DNA of 64,000 bases, taken from positions 35,464,001 to 35,528,000 of the forward strand of contig NC_043000.1 in NCBI RefSeq assembly GCF_006345805.1, in the 5' to 3' direction. Source of the DNA: Octopus sinensis. Lineage: Eukaryota. The notes beneath the pieces are model-generated. The model was not told where the DNA came from. It saw only the letters and a list, made by a program, of their open reading frames with translations, and did no database searches. Positions 41,480 to 53,559 of this stretch are shown here, one piece after another; positions within the stretch are counted from its first letter, which is position 1; the number at the start of each line of letters is the position of its first letter. The position numbers and the translations under genes were made by a program.

Positions 41480-42690
41480 TATGTGTGTGTGTGTATCTAG
41501 ATGTGCGATATATGTATATATATATGGATGGGTGGATGGATGGTTGTGCATACATACATTGCTTTCTATCTGTCTCTCTAACTTTCTATCTCTATCTTTC
41601 TATCTCTATCTCTATTTCTCTCTCCATCTCTCTCTCTCTCTCTCTTTCTGTGTATGTGTGCGTGTGCGTACGTGCGTGTGTGTATACGTATATATATGTG
41701 CTCACACACATACATATGTATGCGTGTGTAGTGTGTGCGGTGTGTGTATGTGTAGGTGTATGTGCGCGCGTGGTGCGTATGTATGCAGGTATGCATGTGT
41801 GTGGATGTATGTATGTATGTGTGTGGATGTATGTAATGTATGTATGTATGTATGTATGTATGTATGTATGTTTGTATGTATTCGATATTTGTACGGAAGT
41901 AAGTATATAGACCATCACCTTATGCTACATAATCGACAATTTCAATGCTTGGTCTGTAATCACTCAAGCCACGGTGACGTTTTCTGTTTTATATTACACA
42001 CACACACACACACACCACACACTTACCAAAATACATACAAACTTACAAACATACATACACTTCTAGATATACATATAGTGTATGTGTGTGTGTGTATCTA
42101 GATGTGGCGATATATGTATATATATATGGATGGGTGGATGGATGGTTGTGCATACATACATTGCTTTCAGTGTCCTCTCTAACTTTCTATCTCTATCTTC
42201 TATCTCTATCTCTATTTCTCTCTCCATCTCTCTCTCTCTCTCTCTCTTTCTGTTATGTGTGCGTGTGCGTACGTGCGTGTGTGTATACGTATATATATGT
42301 GCTCACACACATACATATGTATGCGTGTGTATGTGTGTGCGTGTGTGTATGTGTAGGTGTATGTGCGCGCGTGTGTGCGTATGTATGCATGTATGCATGT
42401 GTGTGTGGATGTATGTATGTATGTGTGTGTGGATGTATGTATGTATGTATGTATGTATGTATGTATGTATGTATGTATTCGATATTTGTACGGAAGTAAG
42501 TATATAGACCATCACCTTATGCTACATAATCGACAATTTCAATGCCTTGGTCTGTAATCACTCAAGCCACGGTGACGTTTACTGTTTTATATTACACACA
42601 CACACACACACTTACCAAAATACATACAAACTTACAAACATACATACACTTCTAGATATACATATAAGTGTATGTGTGTGTGTACAGACA
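41480..42690 (+). repeat. ~600-bp tandem duplication
   Basis: tctagatgtg at 41496 and 42097; the copies share unique blocks such as agaccatcaccttatgctacataatcgacaatttcaatgc. Confidence 0.9.
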
Positions 42691-42790
42691 TATTTATAGA
42701 TTTGTGTGTGTTTATGCACGTGCACACATTCAATATATATACCCATATATATAATATATATATATATATGTGCGTGTGTGTGTTTGCGTG

Positions 42791-42868
<78 letters not shown>

Positions 42869-42957
42869 GCTATGGCGCCCGTTAATAGAAAAACATTTCA
42901 AGTGCATATACACACATACTTAGTATATACATAAGTACTTATATGTATATATATATA

Positions 42958-43036
<79 letters not shown>

Positions 43037-43116
43037 ATAATATATATATATACATATATATACATATAATATATAGATATATTATATATATATATATAAT
43101 ATATATATACATATCC

Positions 43117-43164
<48 letters not shown>

Positions 43165-43357
43165 CACACACACCACATATATATATATATAGGAGCAATT
43201 GCTCACGATGTCTGACCAGTTCCATCACGGTAAATTATTATCAGACAGTCCAGTCCATTGGTCTTTCGTCATCGTCGAGATGAAACTGATTGGTTATTGT
43301 GAAAAGTTGGACCTTCAATTTCCTCAGTACATCCGTACATACATGCATACATACATT

Positions 43358-45688
43358 TCACCGTGAATGCATCATGGTTAAATACAATTGAGAGAGAATA
43401 CTGTACCACCACTCACAGTAAAACATATAAAAATTGATGCAGAAACGTCCGCTGTAGAAGGAGACAAACTGCAGAACGGGAAGGCACCTGGAAGTGACCT
43501 AAGAGTTGCATATTGGCACAAGAAGCTGACATTTTACAGAAACCAATTGATATATATATGTTCAAAAGGACTATGAAAGGTCAGGCTGATGTACCACATT
43601 GGCTTGCTACAGCAAGGACAAATCTTGTTGCCAAAAGTGAAATCACCGAGATGGCAGGAAACTACAGGCCCATTTGCTTGCCTAAACATTATGTACGAAC
43701 TGTAGACAAGTTTCCTCAACCAAATTCCTCCAGGACCATTGTGAGTCGAACAACATTGTGACTGATGAACAGGATGGTAGAAAGAAGGGAGTGTGGGGAT
43801 GTGCAGAACAACTTTTAATAAACAAATCTGTACTGGCTGAAGTAAGAAAACAACGTAGAAACCTTGTGACAGTATGGCTTGACTATAAGAAGGAATTCGA
43901 CTCTATCTCTTATTCATGGCTGTTGAAGTGCCTACATCTGGCAAAGTATCTCCTACATTAATTGCTGCTATAGAAAGACTCACAAAGACATGGACAACAA
44001 TTCTTACCCTTACAACTGAGAACAGAATAATTGTTTCTAATAGGATAGGCATTTCAAAGAGAATATTCCAACGACATAGTCTTTCTGTACTTCTTTTCAT
44101 TTTGGCACTGAATCCATTATCGTTCCTAATGCAGAAAACAAATGGTTTCAACTGCTAGAAATATCAATGTAACTCATAATTTTTTTGTAGACGACCTGAA
44201 GAGTTATGCTAAAGGTGTTAACAATGCCAAAAACAACTGGAATTAATAACCAATTTTCAGCTGATATAGACATGGAATTTGACCAAAAGAAATGTTCATA
44301 TTTGGTTATAGAACGAGAAAAGTCAGTCCACCAAACCTAAAACCTGCGCGCCAACGGTCTCTCAGTCTCCCCCACACCACACAAAGACTGCTACAAGTAC
44401 CTAGGAATAGATGAAAATGTATCATATGAAGGCACTGTGAAAAGATAGGGTGACCCGAGAATATTAAACCAGCTTAGGAAAATCTGGCAGTCGGAACTCT
44501 TCTCTTACAACAAAACAATATCCCACAATGCATTTGAAGTACCAGGGCTGATCCAAACACTTGGGATACGTGATTGGTCTGTAGAGTAAATTCATTCCAT
44601 AGATATCAAAGCCCTCAAAATCCTAAGAACAACTGGGAACTTCCACAGAAACAGTTATGTTGACAAGCTCTACCTTAGAAGAAATGAAGGTGTTAAAGGC
44701 CTGAGATCAGTGCAGACGGCCTTCTAATGCCGTATGGTATCACTCAGGCAGCACCTTCAAAACAACAGCAGCAAGAATAAATATATAAATGCAGTCTTCA
44801 AAAGTGAAGTAAGCAACATTGTAGGAATTGGCAGTGAACTCCTCAAGAAACACTCTCTTCCTGATGATCTCCTATACAGCCCCAAAACAGCTGGGTTCTC
44901 TTACCTCGGAGAAGACCTGGATGTGAAGCACTCAGTATATAAAAAAAAAGACTTGCATGGGTATGTAGCCCGGAAGCTTGAAGATAACAGTAGAACTGAC
45001 ACGAAGCAAGGCTTCTCTTGGACACAAGACCACTAAATCACGTCACACTTTAAAGGCTATGTGTTTGCAATCCAGGAACAGGAGATTGCCACAAAGTACC
45101 CGGTGAACAAGAGAGACAATGCCGCTCTTGTAATCTGGAGAAACTTAGAAAATCCCTCTATTATGGAATACATTCATAAACACCAATTCAAGGAATACTG
45201 GTGGAATATTCCCATCAAAACTTCTGTCAAATGTAAACATAACTGGCCGGATATTGTTGTTGTTTGCGACAGAGGGGCAAAGGTATGTACCATCATAGAG
45301 GTCAGATACCCTTCAGATGTAAATATCGCTTTGAAAATCAAAGAAAAAGAGGATATCTACGGACGACTGCTTCGAAACTTCCAGCTTCTATATCTAGACT
45401 ATGAATTCATATTCATACCAATGATAATTGGAGCACAAGGTTTTGTTAATAAATGCTTGAAGGAGAATCTGGATAAACTGGGATTTTCAGAAAGAGAAAT
45501 CGACCGGCTGACTCGTACATTACAAGTGCAATCTGTGAGTGGAACAGTAAAAATATGCAAGACTTTTCTCAAATTTCAAATGTGAATTTGTCTGTGTTAA
45601 CTACATCCCAAAGATGGAGCCTTGTATCTTCGGTGGAAACTGGCTCCCTCCTCAGTGGAAGATTTATAATAATTAAAAAATAGAAGAG
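43358..45688 (+). mobile_element. 5'-truncated R4/Dong-clade non-LTR retrotransposon (RT plus restriction-like endonuclease), frameshifted
   Basis: GKAPGSD, NYRPICL, WLDYKK.FDS, LLFILALNPLS, FVDDLKSYAK (about 44184-44213), LHGY, FAIQEQEIATKY, and C-terminal WPDIVV...IIEV..P.D...K..Y..L...IIGA.G; stop at 45583-45585. Confidence 0.88.
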
Positions 45689-45767
45689 ACATACATACAT
45701 ACATACATACATACATACATACAACATACATACATACATACATACATACATACATACATACATACAT

Positions 45768-46055
45768 TTGGGATAGAGAAGAGAATCTGTGCACAGTTCT
45801 GGAAATTAGCTGCTCAGTGGATGCTAGCATAGAGCTGAAGATCAGTGAACAAGAGAATACCTACGCTGAACTACTGAGAAATCTACAGTTACTCTTTCCA
45901 GATTACAAGTTCAGGTTTATACCTGTAATTATTGAGATACTGGGATATGTAAGACACTTCTTAAATGCCAATCTTGAGAAACTAGGCTTCTCAAAACCAG
46001 AAAGGAGAAAGCTGATTTGAAGACTACACATCCAATCCATCACTGGAACTGTGAT
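45768..46055 (+). pseudogene. Second, shorter R4/Dong-type 3' fragment (RLE domain)
   Basis: WDREENLCTVLEISCSVDASIELKISEQENTYAELLRNLQLLFPDYKFRFIPVII..LG is paralogous to the preceding C-terminus. Confidence 0.85.
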
Positions 46056-46059
46056 GCAT

Positions 46060-46300
46060 AAATTTGTTAGTTGTCGGAGCACTGCATCCTTCAAAACTTC
46101 CATGCTTTCTGAGATTCGCCAACACTACACCTGATTTCCTCTCCTCCATACACACACAAGCATGTATCTGACTCATACCTTGTTCGCTTTCCAGACATTT
46201 GTACATTACTGCATACACTTTAAACGCACTTTCTGACAAGTTGTGGTGCACCTGAGCACCGTATACAATAATTTCATTATTATTATTATTATTATTATAG
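46060..46300 (+). mobile_element. Probable LINE 3'UTR ending in an (ATT)n tail
   Basis: Non-coding segment ending gtggtgcacctgagcaccgtatacaataatttc(att)n, a typical CR1/L2-type terminus. Family not established. Confidence 0.45.
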
Positions 46301-46484
46301 ATATATATGGATAGAAAATCTATACAGACGTATAAAGATATACTAACATATATTGAAGACATTGTCCTACTAACAGATTAAGAGCGTTGTTACAAAGATA
46401 TTTAAAAAATATATTTAAAAATATATATATTTATATATCAAAAAAATAAAATTGTAAATCATCGCAAAAAGGTGAATTATTTAC

Positions 46485-46650
46485 ATTATTTACATCATTT
46501 ACATTTGACGGATGTTTGTCCTCATCTTGTTTGTTGTTAACACAACGTTTCGGCTGATATACCCTCCAGCCTTCATCAGGTGTCTTGGGGAAATTTCGAA
46601 CCTCCTGGGTTCTCATTCCTAATGTATTTTCGACGTTATTATTATTATTA

Positions 46651-46685
<35 letters not shown>

Positions 46686-46773
46686 TATTATTATTATTCA
46701 GGTCACTACTTGGAATCGAACTCGGAATCTTGGGGTTTGTAGCCCGCGCTCTTAACCACCGTGGGCATATGGC
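46485..46773 (-). mobile_element. SINE-like element D: tRNA-derived head + (AAT)n + hammerhead-bearing body + short tandem tail
   Basis: Head 46699-46773 (ggtggttaagagcgcgg; B box gagttcgattcc at 46712-46723), (AAT)n, body containing the ribozyme motif, tail (aatgtaaat)n. Confidence 0.75.
46539..46584 (-). ncRNA. Small hammerhead ribozyme variant without a helix-III loop (AACGUU palindrome)
   Basis: GACAC-CUGAUGA-A-GGCUG/CAGCC-GAAAC-GUU-GUGUU. Confidence 0.78.
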
Positions 46774-46775
46774 AT

Positions 46776-46915
46776 AGGAATGAGAACCCAGGTTCGAAAT
46801 TTCCCCAAGACACCTGATGAAGGCTGGAGGGTATATCAGCCGAAACGTTGTGTTAACAACAAACAAGATGAGGGCAAATATCCGTCAAATGTAAATAATG
46901 TAAATAATGTACATA
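46776..46915 (+). mobile_element. 5'-truncated inverted copy of element D body
   Basis: Near-identical reverse complement of 46490-46622, starting immediately after the 5' end of the tRNA head. Confidence 0.85.
46809..46854 (+). ncRNA. Small hammerhead ribozyme variant (identical to the 46539-46584 motif)
   Basis: GACAC-CUGAUGA-A-GGCUG GAGGGUAUAU CAGCC-GAAAC-GUU-GUGUU. Confidence 0.78.
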
Positions 46916-47308
46916 ATGCCTCTCTTAAATATAGAACTGAATAAAGAAATGTCTAAGCATCCAGATGAAAAGTAAAGTTTCCAATGATTAGATGGCGGTA
47001 TTCCAATTTCAAGAATTAAGATGCTAGTATATTTTTATACATCGGCGTAGTTTTTCCATCCATATCTGTGTATTATATTTTTATATATTTATGCATCTGT
47101 AAATTTTAAATATTTTTTTAATATTTTAATGAGTGATACGTTAAATATATTTTTAATAATCTGCATTCACCAGTTTTATGGCTGAGTATTTGTTCTATTA
47201 TTATTCTAAATCGTTGAACCTACCAGAATTCTTTTAAATATAATATACCTAACGTCTCAGATTGTCAACCTGAGAAATTCACAGCGCTGTCTACATAATA
47301 AGCAAAAT

Positions 47309-47344
<36 letters not shown>

Positions 47345-47498
47345 CAGAGACAGACAGACAGACAGACAGAGAGAGAGAAAGAGAGAGAAAGAGAGAGAGA
47401 GGGAGGAGAGAGAGTTTACGAAAAAAAACAAAAGACGAAGACAGGTGGTGTACAAAACAAACAGATGTATTAGTATAACGCTCAGGAATAGAAAAAGT

Positions 47499-47534
47499 CT
47501 TTTACGTTTCGAGCCTACGCTCCTCCACAGAAAG
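47499..47534 (-). ncRNA. Small hammerhead variant with a mutated core
   Basis: CUUU-CUGUGGA-G-GAGC GUAG GCUC-GAAAC-GUA-AAAG; A6>U in the core. Confidence 0.6.
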
Positions 47535-47656
47535 GGACACAGAAAAAAACGAGGAGAGAAACAGGGAGAGAAAAAAATGTGTGCAGTGGCTAACAATCTA
47601 TCACGGCGTCTGACTTGGACAGAAGGGTCACACACGAGAAGATATATATATATATA

Positions 47657-48050
47657 TCTATATATATCTTTTCCTCGCGTGATCATTTTTCTTTTCAATG
47701 TTATTTTTCCTGCAGCTTTTGCATTTTTGTCCGATTTTGATGAAAATCGATGAGTGAGCGAGGCTCATGGCAGTGAGTTGATGTCAGTATGGTGGCATTA
47801 AGGGGAGATAAATAAACAAACATCACTCTTAATGGGTCGAGCTACACCCAAAAGTTTGACTGTGATTTCAGACGGTCCAGTATGTAGGAGTAGGTCGAAA
47901 GCGTTAACCGGGTAAAATCCCTGCCGAACCAGATATAACATCTTAATGGGTAATAGTAGGCACGGGGAACCTAGAAGATTTCAATACAAGGTCAGAGGTG
48001 GGCTTAAGTTCAACACGGAAAACATGAGCAACGCCGGGTCCAACAGCTAG
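47657..48050 (+). mobile_element. Probable non-autonomous Helitron
   Basis: 3' end gagcaacgccggg...CTAG|T at 48050 resembles the other Helitrons. The 5' A|TCTATATATA at 47657 is tentative. Confidence 0.55.
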
Positions 48051-48242
48051 TATGTGTGTGTGTGTGTTGTGTGTGTGTGTGTGTGTGTGTTTGTCTGTGT
48101 GTACATATGAGTATGTATGTATGTGTTTTGTTTTTGTGAAGTATTGTTTGATATACATGTTTTAAATATTTTTAAAAAAGCCAAAACAATGCAATTTATT
48201 AGAATCAATAATACTGGTCGATGGTTTGCCTTATTACCTGGT

Positions 48243-48282
48243 ATTTCAATATTTCGGTGTTTGGGCTCCTTCTTCAGGAAAT
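48243..48282 (-). ncRNA. Small hammerhead variant (AAUAUU palindrome, AUU site)
   Basis: AUUUC-CUGAAGA-A-GG...CC-GAAAU-AUU-GAAAU; 5-bp stem I and weak stem II. Confidence 0.6.
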
Positions 48283-49576
48283 TTACGGAGAAAAATTGTT
48301 GATAGTTGATGTCTGTGATCTGTAACACGCGCATGCGCACGTGTGTGTGAAGGCTCGTTTTGCGTTGTTACTGTACCCAATCGGTTGCGTGTCATTTGTA
48401 TATCCAGTCCTTCCTTACGGAATGCAAAGCGGATTTCAGCAGTTGTTATTTCGTCAAAATGTGGCAGTTTCAAAAAATAAATGTTACCCATGGATGTGTG
48501 GGTTTTTGTTTGGCGGACAAATGATATGCTGGCGTTTAGTGAAAGAGGATAGACAGCCATTCAGTATCAGGACATTTCAGAATTGTACGCTGTTGGTGTT
48601 TTTTGCTTCCAGCTACGCTGCATTTACAGTGTATCCTGTGGTTCTCATTTCAAATGAAAGCCATCTTAGCTCTGATGGACAGGGATGAATTATAATATTC
48701 AAACAAGCCCCCGCATGCCACTGTAAAAGTTAGTGGAGATGAATCGCTCATTTGCATCCCTCCCTTCAACCTTTCATTTCTGCTTGACCGCTACTCACTT
48801 TTTAGCTGACCAACACCCCTAACAGATTCCACCCCATGCCATTTCTTCCGCTGCTTCCCTCCCTTTGAATTCACTTTTCTCTCAAAAACAGACCCTTTTT
48901 TTCCTCTTCCCCTTTCCCCCTGCCCTTTTTTCCTTCGTCTTTGCACCACATATTTGACAACGTCTGGTGTTTCCAATTATTTTCAATTTCTTCTTGCATT
49001 CTACCATCTTTCTATACGCTTCTCTCATCTTCTGGGGCTTTTATCGATTTCCCTGGAAATTTTTACAAACTTTGTGGACATTTTATCACTTTCTTTGATG
49101 TTCTCATCACAGAATCAAGCTTTCTACTTTCATTTTAGAATTTTAGTGAAAACCCAGTTCTTTGTTTCGCAACCATACGTCTGCAAAATATTTTTCCATT
49201 CCTATTGGCTTTTATTTATGCAATTTCACACATATCAGTAACGCCATGCACATTGCACTTACTATTTCGCGAGCTTCATCAACACCTTAACATTCAGCAA
49301 AAAACGACCGATAAAATAAGTACCAAGCTTGAGAAAAAAATAGAATAAGTACGGGGTCGATTCGTTCGCCTAAAACTATTTCAAGGCAGTGCCCCACCAT
49401 GGCCGCAATGTAAAGACGGAAATATGGAAACGATAAAAAAAAAAATATATATATATATACCGGAGTAAACACATAAATGTGAAACAAGGTGGAAAAAAGA
49501 GTACTCAAATACCAGTGGTAGAGTAATATGCTTTATTTAAAGCAGCAGAAAATTCAACACACACACACGTGTATGT

Positions 49577-49651
<75 letters not shown>

Positions 49652-51050
49652 CACACACACAAATATATATATGCATACACACACATACATGCATACAAAT
49701 GTATATGTAAGTACATTTTACTATATACATACATACTCATATAAATACATATGAATATATAAAAACACACACACACGTACCAATATTTGTAGCACTTACA
49801 TACACGTACAAAAGCATCGTCGGATATATCTCTCAGTTGTTGCTTTCGTTGTATTTGTTACTTTATTGATATTTGTTGTTTTTGTAGCTTTCGTCCCCCA
49901 CCGAGTTTTCTCCGTTTTGCTTTCTAGATTTCTTTTTCTTCTGCTAAATATGTTTTGGATATTTTTGAAGTTTTCGCCAAACAGGCGCCTGGCTAACATG
50001 GAGAATAGCTGAGATATTTGTTGAACGTCTGCAACACACAAAGACCGACAACTGCTGGTGACCTTTTCACTCATGCCACAAACAATTGTCCTCAAACGGC
50101 TCGCAAGATGTCCGCTTTCGTTCTCCGAGTTTATAGAAGTGAGCGAGGAATCTCAAACAAACTCGTCTTGCTGCTTGGTTCGTTTATCTAGAAAACGTAC
50201 AACGGAAACTAACCCTGGTCATACTACATTATACAATGTCTGAGATTGATTACAATACACTCACACACACGCACACACATACACACACACAGATATATAT
50301 ACACGCACACAGACATACATACACACACACAGACAGAATTATACACTTACACACGCGTTAACCTATACACATCTACATTAAAACTATTAAATATATGTAA
50401 ATATTAGTGAAAGCATTTTGTTGAAGATGCCGATGATGATGATGATAATGATGATGATAAGGAGGAGGAGGAGGAGGAGGAGGGGACGACGATGACGACG
50501 ACGGCTGCGACGACACCTCGATGATGACAAAGACAATGATAACGATGCTGTTATTGTTGTTGTTGTTGCTATTGGTTTCCACTCAATATATTGTTGTCTT
50601 CCATCTATGGCCCAACACCAACAAAAGACACGCGCGCGCAATGGAACCGGAATCAAGTTGTTGTGGCATTTATCTGTTGTAAATCATAATTATTTTATCC
50701 CAACGCACCATTGTCATCACACACAAGTCCCACGTAGAGTTTTACCACAACACAGCAACACAACAAACAATTATCACAAAAGCCGATACCGCAGCACACA
50801 ACCCATTAGTGCCCAAACACACGTCTTTCTTACAACACATTGATTGCTGTGAGAAATGGCTAAAAGTGTACCGTGTAATTAATATTTCAAGGCCAGATAA
50901 GTGCAGCTATTCTTGGAGAACAAAACGGAAGGTTGGTGAAGGTCAGTTTGTTGGAAGAAATCGAAGTTATGGATTCATCTTTATCTTCGAAGGCTCAACA
51001 CGACTTAAGAGTCCAAAGTGTGTCGAAACAGTTGACTGTCTCGGGAATTT

Positions 51051-51115
<65 letters not shown>

Positions 51116-51116
51116 T

Positions 51117-51152
<36 letters not shown>

Positions 51153-51155
51153 GGC

Positions 51156-51246
<91 letters not shown>

Positions 51247-51278
51247 TAGATAGATAGATAGATAGATAGATATATAGA

Positions 51279-51310
<32 letters not shown>

Positions 51311-51355
51311 TAAAGAGACAGACAGATAGACAGACAGATAGACAGATAGATAGAT

Positions 51356-51386
<31 letters not shown>

Positions 51387-51440
51387 CACAGACAGACAGA
51401 CAGACAGACAGACACACAGACAGACAGACAGACAGACAGA
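51051..51440 (+). repeat. (GATA)n/(GACA)n compound microsatellite
   Basis: Directly visible. Confidence 0.96.
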
Positions 51441-51484
51441 CATATATATATTCATTTAATTATTCTTTCATTTATTTATTTACT

Positions 51485-51684
51485 TATTTCAGTCATTTGA
51501 CTGCGGCCATGCTGGAGCACCGCCTTTAGTCGAATGAATCGACCTCGGGGCATAATGTTTGTAAGCCTAGTACTTATTCTATCGGTCTCTTTTACCGAAC
51601 CGTTACATTACAGGAACGTAAACACACCAACATCGGTTGTCAAGCGATGGTGTGGTACAAGCACAGGCACACACACAAACATAT

Positions 51685-51726
<42 letters not shown>

Positions 51727-51835
51727 ACACACACACAGACGGACTTCTTTCAGTTTGCGTCTACCAAAACCATTCACAAGACTTTGGTGGGCCCGAGGCT
51801 ATAGTAGAAGACACTTGCCCAAGGTTCCACACAGT
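51485..51835 (-). mobile_element. SINE family A, head truncated
   Basis: Reverse complement of the family A body and tail. Confidence 0.85.
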
Positions 51836-51842
51836 GGAACGC

Positions 51843-52188
51843 ACAAGGCCTGAATTTTGGGGGTGAGGATAAATCGATTACATCGATCCCAGTGTTTCAC
51901 TGGTACTTAATTTATCAACCCCGAAAGGATGAAAGGCAAGGCAAAGTCGACCTCGGCGGAATTTGAACCCAGAACGTAACGGCAGACGAAATACCTATTT
52001 CTTTACTACCCACAAGGGGCTAAACACAGAGAGGACAAACGGAATAAGTCGATTATATCAACCCAGTGCGTAACTTGTACTTAATTTATCGATCCCGAAG
52101 GGATGAAAGGCAAAGTCGACCTCGGCGGAATTTGAACTCTGAACGTAGCGGCAGACGAAATACCGCTAAGCATTTTAACCGATTAAGA
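51843..52188 (-). mobile_element. SINE family B dimer
   Basis: Two cores joined at gacgaaatacctatttctttactaccc. Confidence 0.85.
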
Positions 52189-52293
52189 CGCTTAGATCGG
52201 TAATTTTGAAAATTAAAGGTGTCTATTTACTTCCTGCACACTGTGTATATGTGTAGATACATATATTTAGATTTATTCAGTATTATCTGCGTA

Positions 52294-52613
52294 ACAGCCT
52301 CATAATGTGCACATCAAAGCTCCGATGCTGTTATCGGCTACCATATGCTATTGCACGGCAATGTTATTCCTTGAGCTGCATAAATATGTGGAACTTATTA
52401 ACAGCCTCATAATGTGCATTTCAAAGCTCCGATGCTGTTATCGGCTACCATATGCTATTGCACGGCAATGTTATTCCTTGAGCTGCATAAATATGTGGAA
52501 CTTATTGACAGCCTCATAATGTGCATTTCAAAGCTCCGATGCTGTTATCGGCTACCATATGCTATTGCATGGCAATGTTATTCCTTGAGCTGCATAAATA
52601 TGTGGAACTTATT
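52294..52613. repeat. 107-bp tandem repeat, 3 near-identical copies
   Basis: acagcctcataatgtgc starts at 52294, 52401 and 52508. Confidence 0.95.
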
Positions 52614-52753
52614 TATATAAAGAATTTATACAAGAAGGTGGAATAAACAGGCCTTAATTACAAATTGCAATTTTTGATTCTGTGCAGTGGCAACAGCTGC
52701 AAGTTGTTGAGCTTTCAGTCTCATTCCATTAGACAAAAGTATTTTATAAATAA

Positions 52754-53141
52754 CTAGCAGTATCGCCCGGCGTTGCTCGGGTTTGTAAGGGAAATAACTA
52801 TATAAGCATTTTTAGAGAGTTATAGCAAAAAAATGCATTAAAAATGGAAAAAAAATGATGGTAAATTTTTTTAAAGATCGTTGACTCATCGTAGACATTT
52901 TTAGAGAGTTACTTCCCTTATATAAAAGCGAAAAAAAGGCATTAAAATGGAAAAAAATTATGGTAAATTTTTTTTTTAATCGTAGACTCATCGTAGACGT
53001 GCGCTAATACCCAGAAGGGCTCGATATGAATCACGACTATAAGATACCCGCTTTTGGTTAAACTGCACCGCAAAATGTGGGAGTAGTTAGGAATCTAAAT
53101 CGTAGGAGACAGACACAAAACCTCTCTTTTATATATAAAGA
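52754..53141 (-). mobile_element. Non-autonomous Helitron
   Basis: Minus strand starts A|TCTTTATATATAAAAG and ends cccgagcaacgccgggcgatactgCTAG|T, the same 3' end as 13099-13469. Confidence 0.87.
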
Positions 53142-53559
53142 TTACGTAAATGAATATGAAACAACAGCAGTTGATTGCTTTCAAAAAAACTCATTTACAC
53201 ACACAGGCGCGCGTTTGTGTTGACTGTCAGAAAAAGAAGTACTCAATACCATAGTAGAGAGTAATTATATATTTTATTTGAGTCGAGCCAGTTTTTTTTT
53301 GTTTTTTTTGCTACATTGACTTTCGCCTGTAGGTGCACAAAGTCTTCAGGAAAGTTATGACTGAAGAACTGATGGAATTTGCGCAAATATATGTATAGCA
53401 TTCCTGTTGCGAAGGAAAACGTAATAAATATTGGGGGGGGGGGGGGGAGAACCATAAAAAAGAAAAAGAGAAGAAAAAAGAAGAAAAGGAGGAAGAAGGG
53501 CAGGATTGGAGGGGCAGGGAGGACGAAGTGGGGAGTGTTTTAATATAGGGAAATGATAA

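Noticed and set aside
52294-52613. CRISPR-like array
   Set aside because: Units are contiguous with no unique spacers, there are no cas genes, and the context is eukaryotic.
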